64,000 nt of DNA, from NCBI GenBank assembly GCA_965204755.1, contig OZ242011.1, positions 2,176,001 through 2,240,000 of the forward strand. Reading direction: 5' to 3'. This DNA comes from Candidatus Marinacidobacterium sp. (GTDB lineage: Bacteria > Acidobacteriota > Vicinamibacteria > Marinacidobacterales > Marinacidobacteraceae). Below the pieces are notes generated by a model. That model was not told the origin of the DNA, ran no database searches, and saw only the letters and a list, made by a program, of their open reading frames with translations. The translations under genes and the position numbers were made by a program. Shown one piece after another: positions 49,350 to 59,418 of this stretch; within the stretch, counting starts at the first letter, position 1, and every line of letters starts with the position of its first letter.

Positions 49350-50243
49350 CTACCGGGGCGTCGGACGGTCGCCGGCGAGCGCCGCGAGCGCCGCTTCGCG
49401 CACGCGCAACTCGGGGTCGGAATCCCCGACGCGCCGCAGGGCCTCGCGGACCGCCGGGGAGTCCAGCGCCCCGGCGGCGCGCACGGCGGCGAGCCGGGCC
49501 GCGGCCCGTTCGCCGTCCGTCATGCCGGGCGCCGCGGCCCAGAAGTCCGGCGCCATCATGCCCAGCAGTCGGCCCTCGCTTGCGGGGTCGCCGAGCCGGG
49601 CGAGCGCCACCACGGCGTTCGTCGAGACATCGAGCACCGGGTCGTCGGCCGCCCGGAGCAGGGCCTCGCGCGCGCCGGGGCCGCCGACCGCGCCGAGGCC
49701 GTACACCGCCATGGTGCGGAGTCCGGCGTCCTCCGCCCGGCTGGCTTCGACGAGCGCCGCGGAGGCCGGTTCGCCGCCGACCGCGCCGAGGGCCCAGGCG
49801 GCATAGACCCGAACGGTGTCGTCCGGATCGGAGAGCGCCGGGACGAGCGCCGGCGCGGCCGCCGGATCGCCGAGGGTTCCGAGCGCGAGCGCCAGGTACT
49901 GCCGGAGGAACGGCTCGGCGCCCGAGTCCGCCGAGGCCTCGAGGAAGGCGTCCACCAAGTCCGGGCCCAGGGCGGCGAATTCGGCGGGCTCGCCGTGCTG
50001 GATGCGGTTCGCCAATTCGAAGGCCGCCTGCCGTTTCTCCCGGCTGCCGCCGCTGCGCAACTGCTGCAGGTAGTCCGCGGCGGTGGTGTCGTCCGACACC
50101 AGCCAGGCGAAACCGAGGAACAGGCCGACGCCGATGACGACCACGCCCATCGGGATGACGAAGAACTGGAGCAGCGTCCGGGCGAAGGACGCCGCCGGCG
50201 GTCCGGTCTCGGCCGGCGGCGGCGGGGGGGAGGATTCGGTCAC
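49350..50243 (-). CDS. Membrane-anchored HEAT/PBS-lyase repeat protein
   Basis: N-terminal TM helix, repeated VRxxAAxALG units; GTG overlaps the upstream stop. Confidence 0.8.
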   Translation of the reverse strand: MTESSPPPPPAETGPPAASFARTLLQFFVIPMGVVVIGVGLFLGFAWLVSDDTTAADYLQQLRSGGSREKRQAAFELANRIQHGEPAEFAALGPDLVDAFLEASADSGAEPFLRQYLALALGTLGDPAAAPALVPALSDPDDTVRVYAAWALGAVGGEPASAALVEASRAEDAGLRTMAVYGLGAVGGPGAREALLRAADDPVLDVSTNAVVALARLGDPASEGRLLGMMAPDFWAAAPGMTDGERAAARLAAVRAAGALDSPAVREALRRVGDSDPELRVREAALAALAGDRPTPR

Positions 50244-51244
50244 AGCGGGTCGAGTTCCCGGAGGACCGCCAAGTCGCCCAGGATTCCGGAGAAAGTCGCC
50301 ACATCCACCGTCTGCCGGGGATCGGTGTACGCGGTGTCGGGGTGGGTGTGCACTTCGATCAGCAGCCCGGAGGCCCCGGCGCCGGCCGCCGCCCGGGCCA
50401 GCGGGCGCACGCGGTCGCGCTCGGCGACGGCGCGGGAGAGGTTCACGAACACCGGCAGGTGGGACATCCGGCGGACGACCGGCACCACATGCAGGTCGAG
50501 CAGCGTTCGGGCCTGCCCGGCGGTCCGGACACCGCGTTCGCAGAGGACGACATCGCGCTTTTCCCGCGCCAGCAGCGACTCCGCGGCGAGCAGCCACTCC
50601 TCCACGGTGGCCGATGGCCCCCGGTCCACGATCACCGGCTTCGAGAGGCTCGCGGCGACTTCGAGCAGCGGCTCGTTCTCCATGTGCCGGGCGGCGACTT
50701 CGACGGCGTCCACATGGTCGGCGACCCGTTCCGCGGACCGCGGGTCCACGATCTCGGTGACCACCGGCAGGCCGGTCTCCTCCCGGACGCGCTCCAGGGT
50801 GTGGAGTCCCTCGTCCCCGAGGCCGGCGAAGCGGTAGGGCCCGATCTGCTCCGACCACAGCCGCGCCCGGAACAGGTGGGCGCCGGCGTCGCGGACCGCC
50901 CGCGCGATCGCCAGGGTGCGGGCCTCGGTCTCGACGCTCCCCGGCCCGGCGGCGACGACCGGGTGGGGCCCGCCGACGGTCACGCCGCCGATTTCGACCA
51001 CGGTGTCCTCCGGATGCACCTCCCGGCTCACCAACTTGAAGGGCTTGGTCACCGGGATGCAGCGGGCCACCCCGGGCAGCCGCACCAGGTAGGAGTCCTC
51101 CACCGGCCCGCGGTTCCCGGTGACGCAGATCGCCGTGCGGTCGGCGCCGGGCACCCGGAGCGGGGTGTAGCCCATTCCGCGGATCGCCTCTTCCACCCGG
51201 GCGTACTCCGGCTCCCCGGAGTCGGGGCTCATGATGACCAGCAT
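50240..51244 (-). CDS. Type I-beta DAHP synthase homolog with a degenerate active site
   Basis: N-terminal ACT-like domain, KPFKLVSRE, LCERGVRT, IEVH retained; catalytic motifs altered. Confidence 0.85.
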   Translation of the reverse strand: MLVIMSPDSGEPEYARVEEAIRGMGYTPLRVPGADRTAICVTGNRGPVEDSYLVRLPGVARCIPVTKPFKLVSREVHPEDTVVEIGGVTVGGPHPVVAAGPGSVETEARTLAIARAVRDAGAHLFRARLWSEQIGPYRFAGLGDEGLHTLERVREETGLPVVTEIVDPRSAERVADHVDAVEVAARHMENEPLLEVAASLSKPVIVDRGPSATVEEWLLAAESLLAREKRDVVLCERGVRTAGQARTLLDLHVVPVVRRMSHLPVFVNLSRAVAERDRVRPLARAAAGAGASGLLIEVHTHPDTAYTDPRQTVDVATFSGILGDLAVLRELDPL

Positions 51245-51268
51245 GGCTTCGGCGCTCGGGGCCGCCGA

Positions 51269-52066
51269 TTATCCGGCCTCGGTGAGTTCGCGCACGGCCT
51301 TCGAGTACTCGGCCAGGAGATCGCCCTCCCCGGCGGGAGACCCGAAGAGCCGCTCCACGAGCCGCGCCAGGTGGCTCCCGACCACCGCCACGCGGGCGCC
51401 CGCGGAGAACGCGGCCGCCACCTGGCTGCCGGTGGAGATGCCGAAGCCGAGGCAGAGCGGGCGGTCCACCGAGCCCGCCACCCCGCGAAGGCGTTCGAGG
51501 ACTCGGTCGAAACCGCCCTCGCGGACCCCGGTGACTCCCTGGAACCCGGCGAGATAGACCAGGTCCGAGGCCCGCGAGAGGCGGCGGAGGCGGTCCCCCG
51601 GCGTGATCGGCCCGGCGAGCGCCACGCGGGCGAGGCCCGCTCGGCGGCAGGCGCTCCGGATCGGCCCGGCCTCGTCCACCGGAATGTCGGGGACCAGCAG
51701 CGAGGAGCCGCCGCAGGCCGCGGCCTCCGCGCAGAACCGCTCGTAGCCGAGGCGGTGGACCAGGTTCCCGTAAACCATGAGGTTCAGCGGGGTGTCCGGG
51801 CAGGCCTCGGCGATCCGGTCGAGCAGGGGGAACGCGGACCTGGTGGACACGCCGGCGGCGAGCGCCCGGCGGGCGGCCTGCTGGATCGCCGGGCCGTCGG
51901 CCACCGGATCGCTGTACGGGAACCCGATCTCCAGCATTCCGGCGCCGGCGGCGACGGCCGCGCGCGCGAGTTCCACGGAAATCTCCGGGGTGGGATGGCC
52001 GAGGACTACGAAGGGCGAAACGGAGGGCCCCCGCCGCAGCGCGGCCCGGAGGCGGGCGCGGCTCAC
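51269..52066 (-). CDS. trpA: Tryptophan synthase alpha subunit
   Basis: EIGFPYSDPVADGPAIQ, GVTG, GFGIS. Confidence 0.95.
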   Translation of the reverse strand: MSRARLRAALRRGPSVSPFVVLGHPTPEISVELARAAVAAGAGMLEIGFPYSDPVADGPAIQQAARRALAAGVSTRSAFPLLDRIAEACPDTPLNLMVYGNLVHRLGYERFCAEAAACGGSSLLVPDIPVDEAGPIRSACRRAGLARVALAGPITPGDRLRRLSRASDLVYLAGFQGVTGVREGGFDRVLERLRGVAGSVDRPLCLGFGISTGSQVAAAFSAGARVAVVGSHLARLVERLFGSPAGEGDLLAEYSKAVRELTEAG

Positions 52067-53289
52067 CGGGCCGGCGCCCCGGACTTCCGGCGCGGCCGCC
52101 GCCGCCCGAGAGTGAAATAGGTCTCGAGGTCCTTGTCTCCCCGGCCGGACAGGTTGAGGAGCACCCGGGAACCGGCCGCGAGTTCCCCCCGGCGCACCGC
52201 CCGGAGCGCGAACGCGAGCGCGTGGGCCGGCTCGAACGCCGGAACGATGCCCTCCGTCTCGCAGAGGACCTCGAACGCCTCGAGCGCCTCTTCGTCGGTG
52301 GCGGCCACATACCGGGCCCGCCCGGTCGCCTGGAGATGGGCGTGCTCCGGGCCGACGCCCGGGTAGTCGAGCCCGGCGGAGATGCCGTGCGGCTCCAGGA
52401 TCTGCCCGTCCTCGTCCTGGAGGACCATCGTCCGGGCGCCGTGGAGCAGTCCGGGAGTCCCCCGCGCGAGCGTGGCCCCGTGCCGCCCGCTGTCGAGGCC
52501 GGCGCCTCCCGGCTCCACGCCGACGAGGGCCACCGACGGTTCCGGGACGAAGGCGTGGAAGATGCCGATGGCGTTGCTCCCGCCGCCCACGCAGGCCGCG
52601 ACCGCGTCGGGCAGCCCCCCGAATTCCCGGCGCCACTGCCGTTTCGCTTCGCGGCCGATCACCGCCTGGAAACCGCGCACCAGGAGCGGGAAGGGATGCG
52701 GCCCGGCCGCGGTCCCCAGCAGGTAGTGGGTGGTCTCGAGGCTCGCCGTCCAGTCCCGGAGCGCCTCGTTGATCGCGTCCTTGAGCGTCGCCGCGCCGGT
52801 CCCGACCGGCGTCACCCGGGCGCCGCAGAGTTCCATCCGCCGCACATTGGGCGCTTGGCGTTCCATGTCCTTCTCGCCCATGTAGATGACCGCTTCCATC
52901 CCGAAGCGGGCGGCGATCATGGCCGTCGCCGTCCCGTGCTGGCCGGCGCCGGTCTCCGCGATGAGCCGGGTCTTGCCCATCCGCCGGGCGAGGAGCGCCT
53001 GTCCGAGGACATTGTTCGCCTTGTGGGCGCCGCCGTGGAGCAGGTCCTCGCGCTTGAAGACGAGGTCGAGGCCGGCCCGGCGGGAGAAGGCCGGCGCGCG
53101 GGTCAGCGGCGTCGGCCGGCCGACCCACTCGGCGGCCTCCCGCTCCAGTTCGCGGCGGAACTCCGGCGAGCGGACGATCTCCCGCCGGGCGGCGTCGAGT
53201 TCCTCGAGCGCCGGGATCAGGAGTTCCGGCGCGAACCGGCCTCCGAAGCCGCCGAAGGCCCCGATCCGCGGCCGGCCGCCGCCGGTCAC
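52063..53289 (-). CDS. trpB: Tryptophan synthase beta subunit
   Basis: LHGGAHK, ETGAGQHG, CVGGGSN, SAGLDYPG, NLSGRGDKD. Confidence 0.98.
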   Translation of the reverse strand: MTGGGRPRIGAFGGFGGRFAPELLIPALEELDAARREIVRSPEFRRELEREAAEWVGRPTPLTRAPAFSRRAGLDLVFKREDLLHGGAHKANNVLGQALLARRMGKTRLIAETGAGQHGTATAMIAARFGMEAVIYMGEKDMERQAPNVRRMELCGARVTPVGTGAATLKDAINEALRDWTASLETTHYLLGTAAGPHPFPLLVRGFQAVIGREAKRQWRREFGGLPDAVAACVGGGSNAIGIFHAFVPEPSVALVGVEPGGAGLDSGRHGATLARGTPGLLHGARTMVLQDEDGQILEPHGISAGLDYPGVGPEHAHLQATGRARYVAATDEEALEAFEVLCETEGIVPAFEPAHALAFALRAVRRGELAAGSRVLLNLSGRGDKDLETYFTLGRRRPRRKSGAPAR

Positions 53290-53930
53290 GCGGCGCCCCG
53301 GAGTTCGTCGAAGAAGCGGCGCATCCGGTCGCCGCTCTTGACCCCGGGGGCGGATTCGATCCCGCTGGACACATCCACCCCCCAGGGACGGAACGGCAGC
53401 AGCGCCCCCACATTCTCCGGGCGCAGCCCGCCGGCGATGAAGGCGCGGGGCGGTGACTGCTCCCCCAGGATCCGCCAGTCGAAGGAGCGGCCGCTGCCGC
53501 CGCCGCCCACATCGAAGACCAGGGGCCCGCGCGGCTCGTTCGAGACCGCGAAGTCGGGCAGCCGGTCGGCGCTCTCCGGGACGGTGACCACGCGATGGAC
53601 GATGAGCCCGGCGGCCTCGAGGGCGCGCACCCCGGCGTCCGAGAGGCCGTGCGGCTGCACCCGCCGGACGCCGAGGGCGGCGGCGTCCGCGGCGACTTCC
53701 GCCCGGGTCCGCCGCCCGGTGGCGAGCACCGGCTGGACCTCGTCGTCCTCTTCGAGGGCCGCGGCGATGACCCGCCGGGCCTCGTCGAGGCTCGCCGAGC
53801 GGGGCGAATCGGGCGCCCGGACGATCCCGATCCAGCGCGCCCCCAACCGGACTGCCAGCCGGCCGTCTTCCGGGCGGCGGAGCCCGCAGATCTTGACCTC
53901 CGGAATCCCGGCGCCGGACGCGATGCCCAT
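53286..53930 (-). CDS. trpF: Phosphoribosylanthranilate isomerase
   Basis: VKICGL, GGSGRSFDW, AGGL, DVSSGIE. Confidence 0.93.
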   Translation of the reverse strand: MGIASGAGIPEVKICGLRRPEDGRLAVRLGARWIGIVRAPDSPRSASLDEARRVIAAALEEDDEVQPVLATGRRTRAEVAADAAALGVRRVQPHGLSDAGVRALEAAGLIVHRVVTVPESADRLPDFAVSNEPRGPLVFDVGGGGSGRSFDWRILGEQSPPRAFIAGGLRPENVGALLPFRPWGVDVSSGIESAPGVKSGDRMRRFFDELRGAA

Positions 53931-53932
53931 CT

Positions 53933-54721
53933 TCAGACCGCCTCGGCGGGGGCCGGGGCGGGCCGCGAGAGCGGACGGAAGAAGTCCGCGGGGTTCGCTG
54001 CGCGCATCAGCGCGGCGCCGATCAGGACGGCGTCCGCGGCGCCGCGCAACTCGGTCAGGTGCTCCGGTTCGAGGTACCCGCTCTCGGCCACGGCGATCCG
54101 GTCGGCGGGGACTCGGGGCAGGAGGGACGCCGCCCGTCGGCGGTCCACCGCGAGCGTGTCCAGGTCCCGGTTGTTGATGCCGATGAGCGCGTTCGGGAGG
54201 GCGAGCGCCCGGTCGAGTTCGGCGGCGTCGTGGACTTCCACCAGCGCCTCGAGGCCGTCGTCCACCGCTTCTTCGTAGAGGGCGCGCAGTTGCCCGTCGT
54301 CCAGGCAGCGGACGATCAGGAGCACCGCGGACGCGCCGGCGTCCCGGCCGGCGCGGACCTGGGCCGGAGCCACCACGAAGTCCTTCATGAGCGCCGGGAG
54401 CCCCGAAGCGCGGGCCGCCGCGCTGAGGTCTCCGAGCGAGCCGCCGAAGCGGGTCGGTTCGGTGAGGACGGAGAGCGCCGCGGCGCCGGCGTCCCGGTAG
54501 CGGACCGCGCGTTCCGCCGGCTCCTCGTCTTCCCGGATCGCGCCGGCGCTGGGGCTGCGGCGCTTGAACTCGGCGATCACGGACACCGTCCGCCGTCCGG
54601 CGACCGCGGCGGCGAGGGACGGAGGCCGCGCCGGCGGGGGTCCCGGGGCGGAGGCCGGCAGCAGGGACGCCCGCTCCCGGGCGGCGGCGGTCAGGGCGTC
54701 GAGCAGGGATCCGCTCGTCAT
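53933..54721 (-). CDS. trpC: Indole-3-glycerol-phosphate synthase
   Basis: IAEFKRRSPS, SVLTE, KDF, GINNRDL, AESG. Confidence 0.96.
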   Translation of the reverse strand: MTSGSLLDALTAAARERASLLPASAPGPPPARPPSLAAAVAGRRTVSVIAEFKRRSPSAGAIREDEEPAERAVRYRDAGAAALSVLTEPTRFGGSLGDLSAAARASGLPALMKDFVVAPAQVRAGRDAGASAVLLIVRCLDDGQLRALYEEAVDDGLEALVEVHDAAELDRALALPNALIGINNRDLDTLAVDRRRAASLLPRVPADRIAVAESGYLEPEHLTELRGAADAVLIGAALMRAANPADFFRPLSRPAPAPAEAV

Positions 54722-55749
54722 GCGCTCGCGCGGGCGGTCACGCGGGCGCTGGTCTCCACATAGCGCTCGAGGGTCCGCAGCGCCTGCCCGGAGGACAGTG
54801 TTTCGCGCGCCGCTCCGACGCCGGCGGCGAGGTCCGGCGCCAGGCCGGCGACGGTCAACGCCGCTCCCGCGTTCAAGGCGACCACTTCCCGCTTGGGGCC
54901 CTGCTCCTCGCCGCCCAGCACCGCCCGCAGGATGTCGGCGTTTTCGTCCGTCGCGCCGCCGGCGAGCGCCGACACCGGCGCCGGCTCCACCCCGTAGTCC
55001 TCCGGCCGGATCTCGAGCGGCGCCACTTCGCCCCGGTCGAGCCGGTGGCCCCGGGTCGGCGCGTGCAGGCCGATCTCGTCGAGCCCCTCGCAGTGGACGA
55101 CCAGGGCCGCTTCGCAGCCGAGGTCCGCGAGGGCGAGCGCCACCGTCTCGGTGAGCGCCGGGTCATAGACCCCGATCAACTGGCGGTCGGCGAGGGCCGG
55201 GTTGGCGAGCGGGCCGAGCACATTGAACAGCGTCCGGATCCCCAGGGCGCGCCGGGCCGGGCCGACATGGGCCATCGCCGGGTGGAACGCCGGCGCGAAG
55301 AGGAACACGAACCCGGTCGCGTCCAGGATCCGCGCCGCCGCCTCGGGTTCGAGGTGCAGTTGCGCCCCGAAGGCCTCGAGGACATCGGCGCTGCCGGTGA
55401 TGGAAGAGACGCTGCGGTTCCCGTGCTTCGCCACCGCGCCTCCCGCCGCCGCCACGACCAGGGCGCTGGCGGTGGAGATGTTGAAGGTGCCGCTCCGGTC
55501 GCCGCCGGTTCCGCAGGTGTCCACCAGCGGGCGGATCTGCGAGGTGACCGCCTTCCGGTGGCTGCGCATCGCCCGGGCGCAGGCGGCGAGCGTCGAGGCG
55601 TCCGGGGCGCGGACGCGGAGCGCGACCAGCAGGCCGGCGGTCTGGGCCACATCGGCTTCCCCGGAGAGGATGCGGTGCAGGGCGGCCTCGAGGGCGCCCG
55701 AATCGGCGGTTTCGCCGGACAGCAGGGTCTCGAGCAGGGGGGCGATCAT
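54718..55749 (-). CDS. trpD: Anthranilate phosphoribosyltransferase
   Basis: DTCGTGGD, FNIST, KHGNRS, GPLANP. Confidence 0.97.
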   Translation of the reverse strand: MIAPLLETLLSGETADSGALEAALHRILSGEADVAQTAGLLVALRVRAPDASTLAACARAMRSHRKAVTSQIRPLVDTCGTGGDRSGTFNISTASALVVAAAGGAVAKHGNRSVSSITGSADVLEAFGAQLHLEPEAAARILDATGFVFLFAPAFHPAMAHVGPARRALGIRTLFNVLGPLANPALADRQLIGVYDPALTETVALALADLGCEAALVVHCEGLDEIGLHAPTRGHRLDRGEVAPLEIRPEDYGVEPAPVSALAGGATDENADILRAVLGGEEQGPKREVVALNAGAALTVAGLAPDLAAGVGAARETLSSGQALRTLERYVETSARVTARASA

Positions 55750-55902
55750 GGAACGGGGCTCCTTGTCGGGTCGGTGTCGAGTCGGGGGACGATTCGGCAG
55801 GCTCGAACCGGTGGGAGGTCAGGAGCCGGAGCGGGCGCCGCAAACGCGCCTTGCCTCGGTTCCGGGAAGCGTCCCGCCGCTCGGGCCGCCTCCCGTCCCG
55901 GG

Positions 55903-56010
55903 TCAGGAAATCAGCGGGTCGCGAGGCGGACTCGGCCGAAACCGCGAACGCCATCGCCGGAGGCAGCCCGACGGCGCCGCGCTTCGGAGGCTCGGCCGGG
56001 TGCTCGTCAT
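55903..56010 (-). CDS. Possible trp leader peptide (35 aa, one Trp)
   Basis: ATG 10 nt downstream of TAGAAT; MTSTRPSLRSAAPSGCLRRWRSRF...; upstream of trpD. Confidence 0.25.
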   Translation of the reverse strand: MTSTRPSLRSAAPSGCLRRWRSRFRPSPPRDPLIS

Positions 56011-56154
56011 GGGGCGCGGATTCTATCGGCCCGCGGGAAATGCGCCCCGCCGTCTTTTCCTCGACCGGAGGGCATGAAGTCCCCGTCCGTTCCACGCCCG
56101 CCGGGGCTCTTTCCCCGCGGGCGGTCGGCCTCGGCCGGCTCCTACAATAGTTTC

Positions 56155-57777
56155 GTGGCGCGAGAGTCTCCCGGCCGGGGAAACCGGTGTGTTTCGCGGG
56201 CCGGGCGGGTCGCGGCGGACCGGTTCGGCCGGAACGCCGGGTTCGCCGCGCTCGCCGCCCTGGCCTTCGCCGGGTGTTCCGGCGGGGCCGACCGGGAGGC
56301 CGCGAGCCCGGACGCGGTCGAGGTGGTGGAACTCGACATCGCCGGCATCCACGACGGATTGCGAACCGGGCGGTTCACCTGCGAAGCGCTGGTGGAGGCC
56401 TACCTGGCGCGCATCGAGGCGTACGACCGCCGGGGGCCGGCGCTCCACGCGATCGTCACCGTGAATCCGGAGGCCGTCACGGAGGCCCGGGCGCTCGACC
56501 GCCGGATCGCCGAATCGGGCGGCGCCCTCCGGCCGCTGGAATGCGTCCCGATGATCGTGAAGGACAACTACGACGCCGCGGACCTCCCCACGACCGCGGG
56601 GTCCGCCTCGCTCCGGGAGTCCCGGCCGCCGGACGACGCCTTCCAGGTGGGACGCGTACGCGAAGCGGGGGCGGTCGTCCTCGCCAAGTCCAACATGGCG
56701 GAGTTCGCGTTCAGCCCCTTCGAGAGCCTCGGGTCGGTGGTTCCCGGCCACACCCGGAACCCCTACGACCCCTACCGGGTCCCCGCGGGTTCCTCCGGCG
56801 GGACGGCGGCGGCCGTGGCCGCGAGTTTCGGCGCCGTCGGCCTGGGCACCGACACCGGCAACTCCATCCGCGGCCCTTCCTCCCACACCGCCCTCGTGGG
56901 CATCCGCTCCACGATGGGCCTCACCAGCCGCGACGGGATCGTCCCCCTGAACCTCTACCGGGACATCGGCGGCCCGATGGCCCGGACCGTCGAGGACGCC
57001 GTTCGCGTGTTCGATGTGCTCGCCGGGCCGGACCCGGCGGACCCGGCGACCGCCGGCGCGGCCCGGGAAGCGGACTACCGGGCGGCGCTCGACGCCTCCC
57101 CGTTGACCGGGTTCCGGATCGGCGTGGTTCGCCAACTCTCCGACACGGAGACGGCGGACCCCGAAATCGGCGCCCTCTTCGCGCAGGCCCTGGCGGACCT
57201 CGAGCGGTTGGGAGCGGAGATCGTGGACCCGGCGGAGATCCCCGGCCTGGACGAAGACCGGACGCTCTGGTGCAACCCGTTCCGCGCGCATCTCGAGGCG
57301 TACCTGGAGAGTCTGGGTTCGGGCGCGCCGGTTCACGCGCTCGCCGAAATCCTGGACGGGGGCGACTTCCACCCCTCGATCGAGTCGCGGCTGGAGCGGG
57401 CGCAGGCGGTGGAGGAGCCCCCCGAAGCCGAGTGCGCGGAAGCCCTCGAGGGCGCCGCGGAGTTGCGAGCCGAAGTGGAGGCGCTCCTGCGGGCGGAGTC
57501 GCTCGATGCGTTGGCCTATCCGAGTTGGAGCAACCCCCCGCGGCTCCTCGGCGACCTCACCACGCCGGACGGGAACAACTCCTACCAACTCTCGCCGCCC
57601 ACCGGATTCCCGGCGGTCACCGCGCCCATGGGCTTCACGCCGGCGGGCCTGCCCGCCGGGCTCCAGTTGCTCGGCGGGGCGTTCGGCGAGTCCACCCTGT
57701 TCCGGATCGCCTACGCCTACGAGCAGGCTACGGAGCACCGGCGACCGCCGGAAGCGACGCCGCCCCTGCGCGACTGA
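56155..57777 (+). CDS. Amidase-signature family lipoprotein
   Basis: VKDN, GSSGG, TDTGNSIRGP; lipobox AFAGC; GTG 6 nt after TACAAT (possibly leaderless). Confidence 0.9.
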   Translation: MARESPGRGNRCVSRAGRVAADRFGRNAGFAALAALAFAGCSGGADREAASPDAVEVVELDIAGIHDGLRTGRFTCEALVEAYLARIEAYDRRGPALHAIVTVNPEAVTEARALDRRIAESGGALRPLECVPMIVKDNYDAADLPTTAGSASLRESRPPDDAFQVGRVREAGAVVLAKSNMAEFAFSPFESLGSVVPGHTRNPYDPYRVPAGSSGGTAAAVAASFGAVGLGTDTGNSIRGPSSHTALVGIRSTMGLTSRDGIVPLNLYRDIGGPMARTVEDAVRVFDVLAGPDPADPATAGAAREADYRAALDASPLTGFRIGVVRQLSDTETADPEIGALFAQALADLERLGAEIVDPAEIPGLDEDRTLWCNPFRAHLEAYLESLGSGAPVHALAEILDGGDFHPSIESRLERAQAVEEPPEAECAEALEGAAELRAEVEALLRAESLDALAYPSWSNPPRLLGDLTTPDGNNSYQLSPPTGFPAVTAPMGFTPAGLPAGLQLLGGAFGESTLFRIAYAYEQATEHRRPPEATPPLRD

Positions 57778-57893
57778 GGCGCGGCTTCTTCGCGGCGTCT
57801 CGACCGGACGCCGGCGCCGGAATTCGCCGGCTGCCCCCCGGCGTCGGGTGCGGCCCCCGGTGGCTACACTCTCCCGCCGCCGAGCCCCTTCCC

Positions 57894-58313
57894 TTGCCGA
57901 TCTACGAGTACCGCTGCGACGAGTGTTCCGAGGTCTTCGAGGCCCTCCAGCGAGTCGCGGACGAGCCGCTCGACTCGTGTCGGCGCTGCGGCGGGCCGGC
58001 GAAGCGGATCGTCTCCTCTCCGGCGATCCACTTCGTCGGAACCGGTTGGTATGTGACCGACTACGCGCGGAAGAACCAGAACGGGAAAGGCGACGGGGAC
58101 GGCGGGGAGGGGAAGAAGGCGGAGAGCGGCGCCGCCGGCTCTTCCGGGAAAGAAGGCGCGACGGACTCGTCGAGCCCGGCAGCCGGAGGTAAGGGCGCGG
58201 ACCGGGGCAAGGATCGAGGCTCGGCGCGCCCCGCCGGCGCGAGCGGCGGAGCGCGCGCCGACTCGTCCGGCGGCTCTTCCCGCACCGAGAGCCGGGCCGG
58301 CGCCGCTTCCTGA
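57894..58313 (+). CDS. FmdB-family zinc-ribbon protein
   Basis: PIYEYRCDEC...CRRCG...GTGWYVTDY with a low-complexity tail. Confidence 0.9.
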   Translation: MPIYEYRCDECSEVFEALQRVADEPLDSCRRCGGPAKRIVSSPAIHFVGTGWYVTDYARKNQNGKGDGDGGEGKKAESGAAGSSGKEGATDSSSPAAGGKGADRGKDRGSARPAGASGGARADSSGGSSRTESRAGAAS

Positions 58314-58323
58314 GTCCTGCCGC

Positions 58324-58353
58324 CGCGATCCCGGCCGCGCAGCCGGGATCGCG
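58324..58353. terminator. GC-rich hairpin after the FmdB gene (no U-tract)
   Basis: CGCGATCCCGGC-N6-GCCGGGATCGCG. Confidence 0.35.
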
Positions 58354-58467
58354 AGTCCCGGTCGCTGCGGGCTCCGGCGGCCGCCGCTCGGCGAAACCGG
58401 GTCAGCACGGCTCGGCGGGAATCGCTGCCGCCGCGTCCGTGGTTCGACGAACCGCGCGGCCCGCTCG

Positions 58468-59418
58468 GTGACCGGCGCCGCACTCGCCGCGGGGCTCCTC
58501 GCCGCGTCCCTCGCGTCCGCCGGCCAACCGGAGAACTCCGCCGCGCGGTGCGAGCGCGCGGCGCAGGCGTCCGAGTGGGATTCCGCGGCCCGGGAGTGCG
58601 AGACGGCGCTCGGGGAGTTCCCCGAATCCTTCGGCATCCACTATTTCCTGGGATTCGCCTACCGGGCGCTCGAGTCCTGGCCGCAGGCGGCGGAGGCGTT
58701 CGAGGCGTTCCTGCGGGAGGCGGAGTCGGCGGAGGACGCGGACTCCCGGTTCGGGGAGCAGATCGCCGTCGCCGTACGCGCCGCCGCGCTCGCGCGGTCC
58801 CGCGCCGGGGCGCCGGAGTCGGCCCTGCCCCTGCTGCGGCGGGCGTCCGCCTCCGACCCGGCGGACACCGAAGTCCGCTTCCACCTGGGGCTGTCCCTGC
58901 TCTCCGCCGGGGATCCGGAGGGCGCCGAGGAGGCGTTCTCGTCCGTAGTCCGCGACGCCCCGGAGTTCCCCGAGGCGCTCTTCTTCGTGGGGCAGGTCCG
59001 GTACGACGCGGAGGACTACGCCGCCGCGGAGGATCACCTGCTCCGCTTTCTGGAGGCCGCCCCGGAGAGCCGGCTGGCCGCGGACGCGCTCTGGATGGCG
59101 GGTTCCATCGCCCTGCGGGCTTCGGCCGCCGCCGAGCCCGAAGCGGCGGAATCCGCGGGGCAGCGAGCGGTGGCCCGCTTCGGCGAATTCCTCGAGCGGG
59201 AGGCGGAGAGCGAGCGTTCCGCGCTCGCCCACTACTTCCTCGGCGCCTTCGCCGCCGACAGCGAAGACTGCGCCGGGGCGGCCCGCCACTACGGGCGTTT
59301 CCTGGAACTCGCGCCGGGGCACGAACGGGCGGGCGAAGTCGAGGATTATCTTCGGGAGGCCGGTCCGGCCTGCGCGCCCCGCGCCGGAATCCCGACGAAC
59401 GGCCGGTCGGGATGGTAG
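58468..59418 (+). CDS. Secreted TPR protein, paralog 1
   Basis: Signal peptide, TPR helices, one CX15C unit. Confidence 0.8.
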   Translation: MTGAALAAGLLAASLASAGQPENSAARCERAAQASEWDSAARECETALGEFPESFGIHYFLGFAYRALESWPQAAEAFEAFLREAESAEDADSRFGEQIAVAVRAAALARSRAGAPESALPLLRRASASDPADTEVRFHLGLSLLSAGDPEGAEEAFSSVVRDAPEFPEALFFVGQVRYDAEDYAAAEDHLLRFLEAAPESRLAADALWMAGSIALRASAAAEPEAAESAGQRAVARFGEFLEREAESERSALAHYFLGAFAADSEDCAGAARHYGRFLELAPGHERAGEVEDYLREAGPACAPRAGIPTNGRSGW

